Shown: positions 13,316-25,020 of the stretch, in pieces | Layout of the letters: the number at the start of each line of letters is the position of its first letter | Numbering within the stretch: the first letter of the stretch is position 1 | Assembly (NCBI RefSeq): GCF_036321535.1 | Contig: NC_087436.1 | Coordinates: 121,956,001-122,020,000 of the forward strand | Source: Camelus dromedarius | Taxonomy: Eukaryota | Direction: 5' to 3' | DNA: 64,000 bases | The notes under the pieces: generated by a model | What the model saw: the letters and a program-made list of their open reading frames with translations, nothing else | Database searches by the model: none | What the model was told of the DNA's origin: nothing | Translations under genes and position numbers: made by a program

Positions 13316-13632
13316 TGCGCACTGGACCTCACTCCCCGTGTACCGTGGACATCACCCCCCCCCCGTGTACACTGGCCCTCACCCCCCGTGTACACTGGAT
13401 CTCACCCCCTTGTACACTGGACCTCACCCCCCTTGTACACTGGACCTCACACCCCTTGTACAATGGATCTCACCCCCTTGTACACTGGACCTCACACCCC
13501 TTGTACAATGGACATCACTTCCCGTGTACACTGGACCTCACCCCCCGTGTACACTGGATCTCACCCCCTTGTACACTGGACCCCACCCCCCGTGTACACT
13601 GGACCCCACCCCTCCTCGTGGACCTCACCCCT
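13316..13632. repeat. Minisatellite, ~22-24 bp unit (G/T)TGTACACTGGACCTCACCCCC(C), about 13-14 copies
   Basis: Directly visible tandem array; produces the repetitive ORFs 13009..13731, 13248..13697 and 13388..13741. Confidence 0.95.
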
Positions 13633-14214
13633 TTGCCTGCTCAGGGTTGTCCCCATCCTGTCCTGGGCTCTCCCAGAGTCCCGGATCTTTCCCCTAGAGG
13701 TGAGTCCTGCTGTGACCTCTCCTGTGTCTGAACAGCGGTGAGGCCACCGCCCTCCTGTGTGAGGTCTGAGAGTCCTGAAAGGAGCTGACAGGCAGCTCTC
13801 TCGACAGCGCACTGAGACGGCGCTGTCGGTCCCGTCTGTGGACCACTGCTGTCCTCTCCTCCCCAGCACGTCTCCCCTGGAGTTGGGATGCCACTCTCTG
13901 GGTTGGCATCCTGTCTCACTGGCTGCTCCTTTCCTTACGTATCAGGCCATCCCACAGGCGTCCGGCTCTGAGCCCTCAGTGCCCTGACCTCGCTCACATG
14001 TGTCTCTCCAGCCCTGACCTCTGCCTGGGGTGCTGGCCTCCCTGACAGCGCTGCTCCCTCCGCACCTCCGTGTCACCTCCTGGAAGTGAGTCTGCCCCCC
14101 GCCATACTTCCCGCCTCGGTTCCCTCAGGGGCTCAGGCCACACCTGGCCATCAGCCTGACTCCTGTTTCTTGCTGTCCGTCCCCGCCAGCAGCAAACCCC
14201 AGAGGCATGTCCTG

Positions 14215-14675
14215 CAGCGTTTCACAGCAGCCTTATTCCAAGTGTCCACTGGTGGTCAGATGGGTGGCAAAATGAGGTATGTACACACATGATTCAGCCT
14301 TAAAAAAGGGGGACATTCTGACACCTGCTACAACGTGGATGAACCTTGAGGCCATTCTGCTGAGGGAAGGGAACCAGTCACAAGAGAATGGATCCTGCAG
14401 GACCCCACTGACACGAGGTGCTCAGAGCAGCCAAAGTCCTTGAGGCAGAAAACAGTATGGTGGGTGCTGGGGTGCGGTGGAGGGGGGCAGGGAGTTACTG
14501 GTTAGTGGGGACAGGGTTTCAGTTTTGCAAGATGAAAAGAGCCCTGCGCACGGGTGGTGGTGTTAGCTGCACAACATGGATATACTTAACGCCACTGAAC
14601 TACATACTTTAAAGTGGTGAAAATGTGGGTTTTTTGTTATGTGTGTGTTACTGCAATTTAAAATAATAAGTAATA
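14215..14675 (+). mobile_element. L1MB-like 3' end
   Basis: ttcacagcagccttatt...attctgacacctgctacaacgtggatgaaccttgagg...gccactgaactacatactttaaa. Confidence 0.85.
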
Positions 14676-15089
14676 AAGAATGTTTCTGGGAGATGACCCC
14701 CTCTGACGCCTCCCTTCTTCCCAAGCCACCTTCTCGCTCTGGGTCATTTCAGGAGCCCCTGACTGGTTTCCCTCCTTCCGCCCTTGCCCCCACCCACCCC
14801 GGGCTGTTCTCAGCACAGCAACCGGAATCCTCTAAACACACAGTTCTGATCTCATGACTCTGCTCAGAACCCTGGGACCCCCATCTAAGCCAGAGTAAAA
14901 CCCGAGGCACTCCAAGGTCACGTACCTCCTTTGACCTCTGTCCCCTCCCCCACTTCCCGCTGCAGCCCCATGGGGCTCCCAGCCGTTCCTCAGACACCCA
15001 CCACCCCGGGTGCCCTCTGCCGGCAGCTCCTCCCTGGTCAGGCCCCCCAGGTAACCCCGCCTCTTTGGAGATGCCTGTTTTCCCTCTAA

Positions 15090-15215
15090 TCCGTGGTTCT
15101 CTCTAATCCGGGGGCGACTTTGACCCTTAGGGACGTTTGGTGATGTCTTGAGACATTTTCGGTTGTCACAGCTTGGAGAGGGGTGTTCTACTGGCCTCCA
15201 GGGGTGCCACTCCCA
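15090..15215. mobile_element. MER20-like hAT DNA transposon fragment
   Basis: gtggttctc...gggggcgactttgaccc...gagacattttcggttgtcacagcttgg...ctactggcctccag. Confidence 0.75.
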
Positions 15216-16684
15216 GCCCACAGCACAGGGGGTCGCCGCCCCCCACGAGCAGTGCAGCCTGAGAGCCAGCTCTGCTCTGCTCTCCGCCCTTCGCCCTCCC
15301 TGCGGTGCCCTCCGGGTCCTGCTCCCTGTTCTGGGCCACTGATCCTTCTGTGATGTACGTTCCCTCACGGGGGCCGCACTGCGGAGTGGGGTCTGGCTGG
15401 CTTCTCTGGCCTAGTGCTCTTGGTGACCTTGGCTGTGGAAGAGCGGGCTGGGATGAGCCTGAACGCCCTGTTTCCTGCCCCCGAATCGAAGACGAGGGTC
15501 CAGCCCCATGCGAGGGGCCACCATCCGTGGGAGCCCTGGGTCTGGGTGCGGGTGCCGGGCCCGCAGAGGCCCACGCAAGCGCCTGCGCTGCCCCTCCGCC
15601 CAGCGGAGCCTGCAGGGAGCTGGGGGTGAGGCTGCTTCACCGGGAGCCACGGATCAAGGGGTGAAAAAAAGGCTTCCTTTTGCGTTTTCGCCCTGTCGTC
15701 TGGTCTTGGAAAACAAGCAGCAAGGCCAGCGGCTGTCATGCCGCGCCAGGTGCGTCGTGTCCGCGTCCCTCTCCTGCTAGCCTTTGGGAATCTAGGCCGA
15801 AGAAGGCAGCGACCAGGAGCTGCTGCTCTTTCTGGAGAGGGCCTGCGCCTGTGAAGGGTGCCGTGGCGGTCCCTGAGGGCCGGTGCTGGCGTGACTCTGG
15901 CGGGATCGGGCAGGCAGGAACTCGGGTCTCAGGCTGACGGGAGGATGATGACTAACTCCCTCGACTCGGGTCTTTTCAGCCCTTGAGCACAGGGCTTCAC
16001 ACCAGGAGTCTGTGCTGTACCCGCTTCGGTTCGTCTCATTTCTAGGGGAGAAGATGGGCCCTTCTCCCGCTGGGGGAGGTGGGGTTTTTCATGGGAAGGT
16101 CAGAGGGGTCATGACGTCTGGCCTTGCCCTTGGTGTGGAAGAGACTTCCTCATCTTCTGCTGACCAGTTTCCTGCAGAGCACCCACTCTGCGTCACCCAC
16201 CGAGGTGGGTGCTGGGCCAGCGGGAGATGGGGGACAGTGCCCACCTGCTGGCACCACAGCTGATGGTGGAGCCAGGACACCTTGGACTAAAACACTGACT
16301 GAAGTATGTGCACCCAGCGTGTGACTGTCCCCGACTGCAGACCCCGTGTGCCGCCGCCCAGAAGCCGGCTGGGGACCTTGAGCTGGAAATGCTCGCCTTT
16401 GTTAGAAAGACGGTGTCGATGTGTTCAGGGCCCCTGTGCACAGCCGGAGCCAGTGGGACCCGCGCCCAGGTTGTGACCCTGCTCATGTGGTCAGCCATCA
16501 GGGGAAGGGAAACTCCGTGCCAAGGGTCCTGGAGCTGCAATTTATGTCCACAGCGAGATGCCACCTCACCCCATCCTGTTGGCCATGCAAAGACATCCTC
16601 CAGCCCTGGGATCTGCGACCCGCTAGATGTCCACGTCCTGGTCCCGGAGCCGGTGAGAATCTGAGGTTCCGGGCCCAGGTGGCA

Positions 16685-17040
16685 CCCAGGTTGCAAGTGG
16701 AGCCAGGCAGCTAATCAGCTGACCTGAAAACAGTGAGTAGATCCCTGATTATCCGTGGGCCCTGCATCACCACAGGATCCTCGACAGTGGAATGGGGCCG
16801 AAAGCAGAGGGAGCTGTGACTGCGGAAGAAGGTCTGGGAGGCGTGCGTCACCCGCCTCGGAGATGAAGGAGGGGGCCTCGGGGCGGGAGGAGTGAAGTCT
16901 CCCGAAGCTGGAAAAGGCAAGGAAGGATCAGCCCCCGGACGCCTGACCTCAGCCCGTGAGGCCTGTGCTGTAACTTTAAGATGCGTCTGTTGTTTTAAGC
17001 CACGAGGTTTGTGGCGCTTGGTGAGAGCAGCATGGCTCCC
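16685..17040 (+). mobile_element. MLT1D-like MaLR LTR
   Basis: gctaatcagctgacctgaaaa...gattatccgtgggccc...gaagctggaaaaggcaaggaa...tgttgttttaagccacgaggtttgtgg. Confidence 0.8.
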
Positions 17041-18544
17041 AGGCCGAGCGCACACACAGCGGGGACGCGGGGGAGCCGACTGGAAGCTCTGCTTGCACAG
17101 CAAAACCTGAAAGAATGCGGTGCCTCTGTGGGGCACGCTGAACACCCTGCGGGGCTGGCTCCGCATGCAGGGCCACCGTGGCATTGTCCACGGAGCGCGC
17201 AGGATGTGACAAATCAAAACCAGTCTCAAAATATCACGTATGTGTGATGTCCTTTTTATAGTGTTAAAAACAACCAGAAATACATTTTAGGAGTCCATAT
17301 GGCAGCAGCCACGCTGTGTTAAAGGGGCATGTGAACCAGCGTCCGGGGTGCAGGCAGCTGCGTGCGGAGGCGGGCGACGGGGCGTGGACCCCCGGCTTCT
17401 ACCTGCATGCTGGGGGGGCTCCTGGGCGCTTACTGCACGGTGCGGAACTCCTGCGCGTAGTTGAGAAGCAGCCGTCTCCCCCCGTTTCACGTGTGAAACA
17501 GCGCGAGCTTGGTCGGTGGCCCGGTGGTTAGCAAGGGGAAGGCAGGGTTCTGTGTGCAGAGGACATGGTGAAGGGGGGCCTTCTCTGCAGCGGGGCTGTG
17601 CAGGTCGGGGTGCCTGCCCACAGCCTGGGGAGCTGCCCCGTCTCCTCGGGCTCTGCAGGCGAGACCCCATCAACCCACATGGTCGGGAGGACAACTTTGG
17701 TGGCAAGAAGGACACAGGCTTTGGCCTTTTTAGGGAGAGCGTTACAATCTTGCTTCCTTCCAAGGCAGGAGCAAAAGACCCTGTTTGTTTTGTCTGGATC
17801 CGGAAAGGGATAAAGCCTTTTCTTTCCTGGGAACTCCAGGGGCGACTGGTCGCCTCATCTCTGCAAGTGCCTCCTGGCTGCGGGGTGTTCTGGGCTGTTC
17901 CTCCTAAACTCACGGCTGAAGTTGGCTTCTCCGCGGCGTCAGCGCAGTGTTGGGTGGGAGCAAGGGGGTGGGGTGACATGAGATGGATGACGCTTCCTTT
18001 GACAGTGTTTGCTTTGAGTCACATGAGGAATTAAGGGAAGGGGGAGGAAGGGTGTAAACGATGCCTTGTGCACGGTGAGATTTTGTTGCGTCTGAGTGAC
18101 TCTGTGAGAGGGAAGGTCAGTGAGAGGCAGCGGTGTGGTCCTCGGCCACACTGCGCTCTCGTTCCCTGAAAGGATAGACCTATCCCGACTTGCTTAGGAA
18201 TACTGGCTTTGAACAGCCACACTCCCAAATTACACACATGGTAACTCTGATTAAAAAATTAATAATAATGTGAACTTCATGGAGGTTTTTGAGAGTCCTA
18301 TTTTACACTTTTCAGCCCATTTTTAATGGTCTTTGTTCCCAGTGTAGGATGTACTTAAGCATTCGATTCATAGTCTGGCCATAGTCTGGCGCTCCCCCGG
18401 AACCCCTCGTTTAGGGGAGAAGGCAGAGGTCTGCAGAGTTCGGTGGGTGCGCCGAGTGTGGGCTGCTGGCTGTGGGGGGGCGTCCCCCCTGGGCGCATGA
18501 TGCCAAGGGGCTGCGTTCACCTCTCAGGGTGCTCCTTTTAAAAA

Positions 18545-18700
18545 TAATAATAAATTAAGGTAAAATACAGGTAACATAAAATCAACTGAACAACCCAGTG
18601 GCGTTTAGTTCTTCACAGTGTGGTGCAGCCTCCACCTCCGTCTTGCTCCAGGACCACCCCAGGGAGACCCTGCACCCATTAAGCAGCCACCCCTGCTTCT
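18545..18700 (-). mobile_element. L1M 3' end fragment, antisense
   Basis: cagtggcgtttagttcttcacagtgtggtgcagcc...gaccctgcacccattaagcag. Confidence 0.65.
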
Positions 18701-19375
18701 CTCTGCTTGGCACCCCCCGCACCCGCCTGCTGAGGAGCTGCTGTTGGTAGTGCACTGGGAGCAGCTGTAAAGGACTAAGTTGAGTTTTATGGTGACTCAT
18801 CACTGTCAGCTTATTTAAGAAGGATGAAGGTGAACGGCGTGGCCGGGGCTGCACCACGTGCTTCTGTGTGACCTTGACCAGGGGCTTGGCCTCTCTGGGC
18901 CCCAGCTTCCTGTGCCCCAGATGAGGCTGGTATGGCATCACGCCCAGGGCTGTGGAGAGGGGAGAGGAGATGGTATAGCAGGGTGTGTGGCACACAGACC
19001 TCAAGACAAGAGGGTGTCTGGCCGGCCTCGGCACATGCCCGAGGGCTCCTCTGGGTTGGACCCCGGGAAGTGGAGCCCTGAGCCCTTCACCTAAATGCCA
19101 TCAGTGTCCAGAGGACATCTCAGCAGCAGCAGTGGCTTTCAGTTTCCTAAGTGTGTTTTCTTCAGAGCCCTTCTCCCAAGAAACCCCAGGGAACAGAAAG
19201 GCCAGCTGGGCAGGTCGTAGGGCTCTCAGTGGTGGCTTGCTGGGACGCTCCGGGGAGTCACTCCTGTCTCTTCCTTTTTTTTTTTTTTTTAAATTTCAGT
19301 AATATATCTTATTTAACTCAATAGATACAAATTGTTGTTTCCGTATGTAATTGATAAAATAATAATTACTATTTT

Positions 19376-19490
19376 TTAAACATTTTTTATTGATTTATAA
19401 TCATTTTACAATGTTGTGTCAAACTCCAGTGTAGAGCACAATTTTTCAGTTACGCATGAACACTCATACATTCATTGTCACATTTTTTGT
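19376..19490 (-). mobile_element. Younger L1 3' terminus, antisense
   Basis: ttttttattgatttataatcattttacaatgttgtgtcaaactccagtgtagagcacaatttttcagtta resembles camelid L1 tails. Confidence 0.7.
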
Positions 19491-19494
19491 CTCT

Positions 19495-19575
19495 TCCTTT
19501 TTTTAATGGCGGGACCAAGGATTGAACGCTGGACCTCGAGCACGCTCAGCATGAGCTCTGCCCGCCTCCCCTCCC
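19495..19575 (-). mobile_element. Vic-1-type tRNA-derived SINE, degenerate
   Basis: ttttaatggcgggaccaaggattgaacgctggacctcgagcacgctcagcatgagctct, similar to the copies at 24.6, 54.3 and 63.5 kb. Confidence 0.7.
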
Positions 19576-20959
19576 TCCTCTGTGGTGTGCGGGAACTTGA
19601 CTGAGATTTGGGAAGGCGATCTCCAAGCAGATGTGGGAGCTTCCTGCTGGCAGTCCAGCTCTTTGCCTCTAGGATTTATTCCCGTAGGGCGATTGTGCTT
19701 GGGGTCAACATTAGGAATGACCTTGAGAAGCTAACTGGGAAATTGATGTTTTGAAAGCTTTTAATTTGCCTCTCCCAATGGGATCCATGTTTAATATGGT
19801 CATAATTGCCAGTTTTTATGTGTCCCGATGTCTTAAATTTACGCTCAGGCTTTGAAGAGAACTTACAGGGAATGGCGCTGTCAGATAAATGAAGTCAGGC
19901 TTGCACTGAGGCCAATCGCTGCCAGGAGCCCACAGCGGTCAGTGGGAGCCCAGGGGAGTGGGTGGGCGCCGTGTCCTTCATGGTCCTGTCCTGGCCAGGC
20001 CTGGTCAGCTCACACCAGCAGCAGAGCTGTGTCCAGGCGTCTGCGGGGCCTCATTCCTGTGGGGACATTGGTTCTGCAGAAGCCAAAACACCCAATTCTG
20101 TTTCTGGGCAGTTCTGAGTCCAAGGTGAGTGGGAAGCCAGGTGACCCCAACATGACAGGCACTCAGGATGGACACCCACAGATCTGTTGTCATAACAGCA
20201 GGTGTGAAAACCATTACCAGGGCCTGGGGGACTACCCACACAGGGCCAGTCCTGGCCGCGGTGCTCACGGGGTGGCCAGGAGCCAGACTTTGCTGTGTGG
20301 GGTCTTCTGAGGATGGCAGGCCTACTGATACCCTGATAGATACTCCCAGGATCCTTGCAGACCCCTCCCCAGTGAGCCAGGGCAGACCTGGGGGGACAGG
20401 CAGAGGATTGGGCCAAAGAAGGGCTTATCAAGGGATGAGGGGGAGGGGGCCGTGAAGGGTGGATTAGGGAGGGGGAAGGGGGCAGCAGAGGTGGGGCTGA
20501 GGGGCAGATTGGAGAGGAAGTGAATACAACAGAAAGACCCGGGGAAAGACCTGGGGGGCAGCCCCGGGGGGAGGGGGGGCTGGTGTATGTTGAGGTGGGG
20601 GCACAGGGCTGCAGGGAGGCCCCGGGGAGGGGAGGCCCCCACCAGAGGTGCATGCATGCTTGGCTGCTTCTTTATTCTGGCTTCGTCCTTCCTCCATCCC
20701 CGTCCACACAGAAGAGTCCCTACTGCCTGCTTCCCAGCCTTCCCTGGCCCCCTGGTCATCGGGGGCCATCCAGCCCTCCCCCTACTCTGCTGTGTCTGTT
20801 CCAGGGCCGTGGCGCTCCCCCCAGCTTGTGGCCACCACAGTTTCTATTCAGACGAGACTGACTCTGGGGGCTGCTTGGGGAGGTGAGATGGGACAGTCAG
20901 CATGGGTCCCTGCCAGCTCCTTAAAGGAAAATAAATTCTACGTAGGTTAGGAGGGAACT

Positions 20960-21515
20960 CTAATTCGAAAGGATACACACACCCCAGTGTTCATAGCAGC
21001 ACTGTTTACAATGGTCAGGACGTGGAAGCAACTAAATATCATCGACAGACGGCTGGATAAAGAAGCTGTGGTACATTTATACAATGGAATACTACTCAGC
21101 CAAAAGAAAGAATAAAATAATGCCATTTGCAGCAACATGGATGGACCTGGAGATCCTCATTCTAAGTGAAGTGAGCCAGAAAGAGAAAGAAAAATACCAT
21201 ATGATGTCACTTATATGTGGAATCTAAAAAAAAAAAAGACACAAATGAACTTATTTACAAAACGGAAATAGACTCACAGACATAGAAAGCAAACTTATGG
21301 TTATGGGGGTGGGGAAGGGAGGGGTAGGAAGGGATATAGTGGGAGTCTGAGATTTGCAAGTACCGATTACTGTATATAAAATAGATAAAACAAATTTCTT
21401 CTGCATAGCACAGGGAGCTATATTCAGCATCTTATAATAACCTATAACGAAACAGAATATGAAAATGAATGTATGTATATATACATATACGCATGACTGG
21501 GACATTGTACTGTAC
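20960..21515 (+). mobile_element. L1 ORF2 end/3' UTR (artiodactyl-type)
   Basis: ccagtgttcatagcagcactgtttacaat...atgccatttgcagcaacatggatggacctggag...gactcacagacatagaaagcaaacttatgg. Confidence 0.9.
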
Positions 21516-21814
21516 CCTGGGCTGGACCATGCCAGGCAGACTTATGGAACAGAAGGGGGTGGGTATGCTGCAGCCTGGTGGCGGAGAGGGCCCAGTGGCA
21601 CCACCGCTTTGGCAGCTGGTCAGAGGGCCGGTGGTGTCCAGGCTGAGTGATGACAGGAGGGTGGCCAGTGGAGTGATGAAGGGTGGCCTGTAGGGAGCAC
21701 CTTTGAAGACACAGCCCCAAGGTTTGCTCCGGGAGGGGCGGCTGTGTGGATGCAGGAGGAAATCAACCTGGCCTCTGAAATCCCAGGGCGGTCAGCCTTT
21801 CTCTGCCAGCTCTC

Positions 21815-22900
21815 CTTGTTTATTGAGATGTAGTTGATTTACAATATTATACAGTAATATTATTGTTCAGGTCTACAACATAGTGATTCACATTTTTTAA
21901 AGGTTATACTCTATTTATAGTTATAAAATATTGGCTACATTCCCTGTGTTGTACAATACATCCTCGTAGCTGATTTTATACCTGAAGGTTTACACCTAAA
22001 TCCCCCTCCTCCCTCCCCCCCACTGGGAACCACTAGTTTGTCCTCTGCATCTGTGAGTCTGCTGCTTTTTGGTTATATTCACTAGGTTGTTGTGTTAGAT
22101 TCTACATGTAAGTGATAACATACAGTATTTGTCTTTCTCTGTCTGAGTTATCTCACTTAAGTATGACATCCTCTGGGTCCATCCATACTGTTGCAGTGGC
22201 AGAATCTCATTCTTTTTTATGGCTGAGTAGTATTCCACTGTGTATCTGGACCACATCTTCTTTATCCAGTCGTCTGCTGATGGACACTTAGGTTGCTCCT
22301 GCGTCTTGGCTGTTGTAAATAGAGCTGTTGTGAACAGCACTGTTCACGTATGTTTTCTGATTAGCGTTTCCGTTTTCTTCAGAGACACACCCAGGAGTGG
22401 GACTGCTGGGTCATTTTGCTAATTCTGTTTTTAGTTTTTTTGAAGACCTGCCATCCTGTTTTCCACAGTGGCTGCACCAATTTGTATTCCCGTCAGCGGT
22501 GTATGGGGGCTCCCTCTTCTCCACATCTTTGCCTACATTTATTATTTGTGTTCTTTTTATAACGGCCATTCTGACAGGTGTGAGGTGATACAGTGGTTTT
22601 GATTTGTGTTTCTCTGAAAGATGCTGAGCATCTTTTCATGTGCCTGTTGGCCCTATGTCTTCTTTGGAAAGTTGTCTGTTCAGGTCCTCTGCCCAGTTTC
22701 TGATTGGATTGTTTGTTTTTGATGTTGAGTTGTATGGGCTGTTTGTATTTTTGGATATTAACCCCTTATCAGTCATGTTACTTGCACATATTTTCTCCCA
22801 TTCAGTAGGTTGTCTTTTTACTTGGTTGGTGATTTCCTTTGCTTTGAGAAAGGTTTAGGTTTAATTAGGTCCCATCTGTTTGTTTTTGCTTCTTGCCAGC
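21815..22900 (-). mobile_element. L1 3' region, antisense
   Basis: ORF 22095..22340(-) gives MLFTTALFTTAKTQEQPKCPSADDWIKKMW, the L1 ORF2p C-terminal motif. Confidence 0.9.
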
Positions 22901-23799
22901 TCTTCTTGTAACTGGACGCACCCTCAGGGCTGCCCCTCCCAGTCTGAGGCCTCTGCTTTGGAGGACTCCTTTGGTTCCTCTTGGTCACGTGACTGTAAGA
23001 CAGCAAGCGAAATGTCCACACCCTGCTCAGATAGGGCGAGTCCCTGGAGGCCATGCACCCTTCTTGGCCTCCTTCTCCGTGCAGGCCCCACAGGCTTCTG
23101 CTGCAGGTGACCGAAGGGGTGTGTGGTTTCACCACGGTGGGCTGTGGGCTGGAGTCCAGGGTCTCCTAGGTTCACGTGTGGCTGCCCAGCCCTGGACAGT
23201 GTCTTGCCCTGGACCACGTCAGGATGGCATCAGCCGGTGGCCCGGCAGTCCCACCCGTAGTCTGTCACTGGGCAGGCCTGGCTCCGGGCTCCTCCCACCA
23301 GGGGGATGAGCAGGGGCTGCCAACCGTGGGGTCGAGGCCCAGCCCCCCGCACCGTGTCCCCAAGGAAGCTGCAGCAGTCCGAGTGCAGCCTGTTTCCATT
23401 TCCACTTCGGCCCTTAGAGGTGGTGTCTGCTGCCGCCTCCCTGCCCAGTCCTTCCCCCTGGCCTTGGTGGCGGCCCCGCGGTGGGCTTCAGCCAAGGGCA
23501 GGGGCCTGCCAGTGCACCACCCACCCTGGCGTTCCAGGTGTAACTGCCTCCGGGGTTGGCCCTCCATCGCTTGGCAGTTCTTTCCCCCAAACCTGGGGGC
23601 CTTCCGGGCAGGGGTGGCAAGAGCACCAGTCACCACCGACTCTGCCCCAGGCATTCTTGTTGACCTCCCACAGGCCCCCAGCTCCTCACTGCACGTGGGC
23701 CTCCCTGAGCTGTGATCTGCTCCAGGCTCCCTTGGTTGACGTGAGACCAAGATGGCACCCTGGCCTGTCACCTCTGTCCCCAGGCAACCCCTCATCTGT

Positions 23800-25020
23800 T
23801 TTCTGCCACCAGGTGCAGCCGGCCTTCTCCACTGTCGCGTATCAGTGGAATCGCGCACACACACAGGTGAGGCCTGTCTCAGTCTGGCTTCCACTCACCC
23901 TCAGTGTTCTGAGGCTCACCACGTTGCAGCAGGCGTCAGCAGCTCCGGCCTTCTCGCTGCCGGGGCGCGGGCGCCGTGTGGACGGAGCGCGGCTTGCTTG
24001 TCCACCTCCTGCCGTGGACGTGCCGTTGTTTCTGGGGTTTGAAGTTTGTTAATGAAGCTCCTCTGAACACTGATGCTCAGATCTCTGTGTGGCCCGGGGC
24101 TTTCACGCCTCTTGGGAGTAGGGTGGCCGGTTCATGGGGTCAGTGAATGTTTAACTTTCTGAGAAACTGCCAAACTGCTTTGCACCGGTTGGACCTCTTC
24201 GCGTCCGCACCAGCTGTCCGAGGCCCGGGCGCTCTGCAGCCTCACCGACAGCTGGTGAGGTCAGGTTCTGAGCTTCGGCCGTTCCGGCGGATGAGAGGTG
24301 CTAGCTCACTGTGGCCTGAACTTGCACGTTCCTGATGCCCACGTGCGGAGCATCTTTTCACACAGGCCTGCTTAAGTGTCTGTTCACATCTTTTGCCCAT
24401 TTGAAAACTCTTTGGCTGAGTTGTGAGAGTTCTTTCTGTTTCTCAGGTGTCGATACTTTGAAGTACACACGCTTGGCAAAAATTTTCTCCAAGTTTGTGG
24501 CTTGAATTTTCATTTTCTTAACAGGGTCTTTTGAAAAGCAAACTTCTTTTAAAAAAATTTTTTTTTCAAACAGGTTTTGTTGTTTTTTGGGGGGGTAATC
24601 AGGTTTATTTATTTAATTAATTTTTTTTTTAATGGAGGTACTGGGGATTGAACCCAGGACCTCTGCATGCTAAGCATGTGCTCTACCCCTGAGCTCTACC
24701 CCCACCCTCCCTGCAAGCTTCTTAATGTTGACAAAATCTAGTTTATTTATTTTTCCCGTTTATAGCTTATGGTCTTTGTGAACCATTTAAGAAAGCTTTG
24801 CTGAGCTCACGGTCACTCAGCGTTTTCTGTTTGGGGTTGATGGCTGTGTGGGCAACGAGGTACGTTTTGAGGACCATCCTTCTGCACGGGGCTGTCCGGC
24901 TGCTCCAGCACCATTTGTTGAAAAGGTTCATTTCTCCACTTCATTTCTTTGGTGCTCTCATCAAAAACCAACTGGCCGTGTCTGTGTGGGTTTGTTCCTG
25001 GACCCTCCATTCTGTGGCAT
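23800..25020 (-). mobile_element. Old L1M fragment, antisense, interrupted by a SINE
   Basis: tgtttaactttctgagaaactgccaaactg...gagcatcttttca...ccagcaccatttgttgaaaagg. Confidence 0.8.
24549..24712 (-). mobile_element. Vic-1-type SINE with target-site duplication
   Basis: ggaggtactggggattgaacccaggacctctgcatgctaagcatgtgctctacc; flanks gcaaacttctt (24538) and gcaagcttctt (24713). Confidence 0.88.

Noticed and set aside
13316..13632. CRISPR-like appearance of the regular repeats (also 57747-57931)
   Set aside because: Head-to-tail units with no unique spacers, no cas genes, mammalian intron
13009..13741. Repetitive ORFs (VHWTSPP/CTLDLTP/YTGPHPP)
   Set aside because: Translations of the minisatellite in all three frames; no splice or start support
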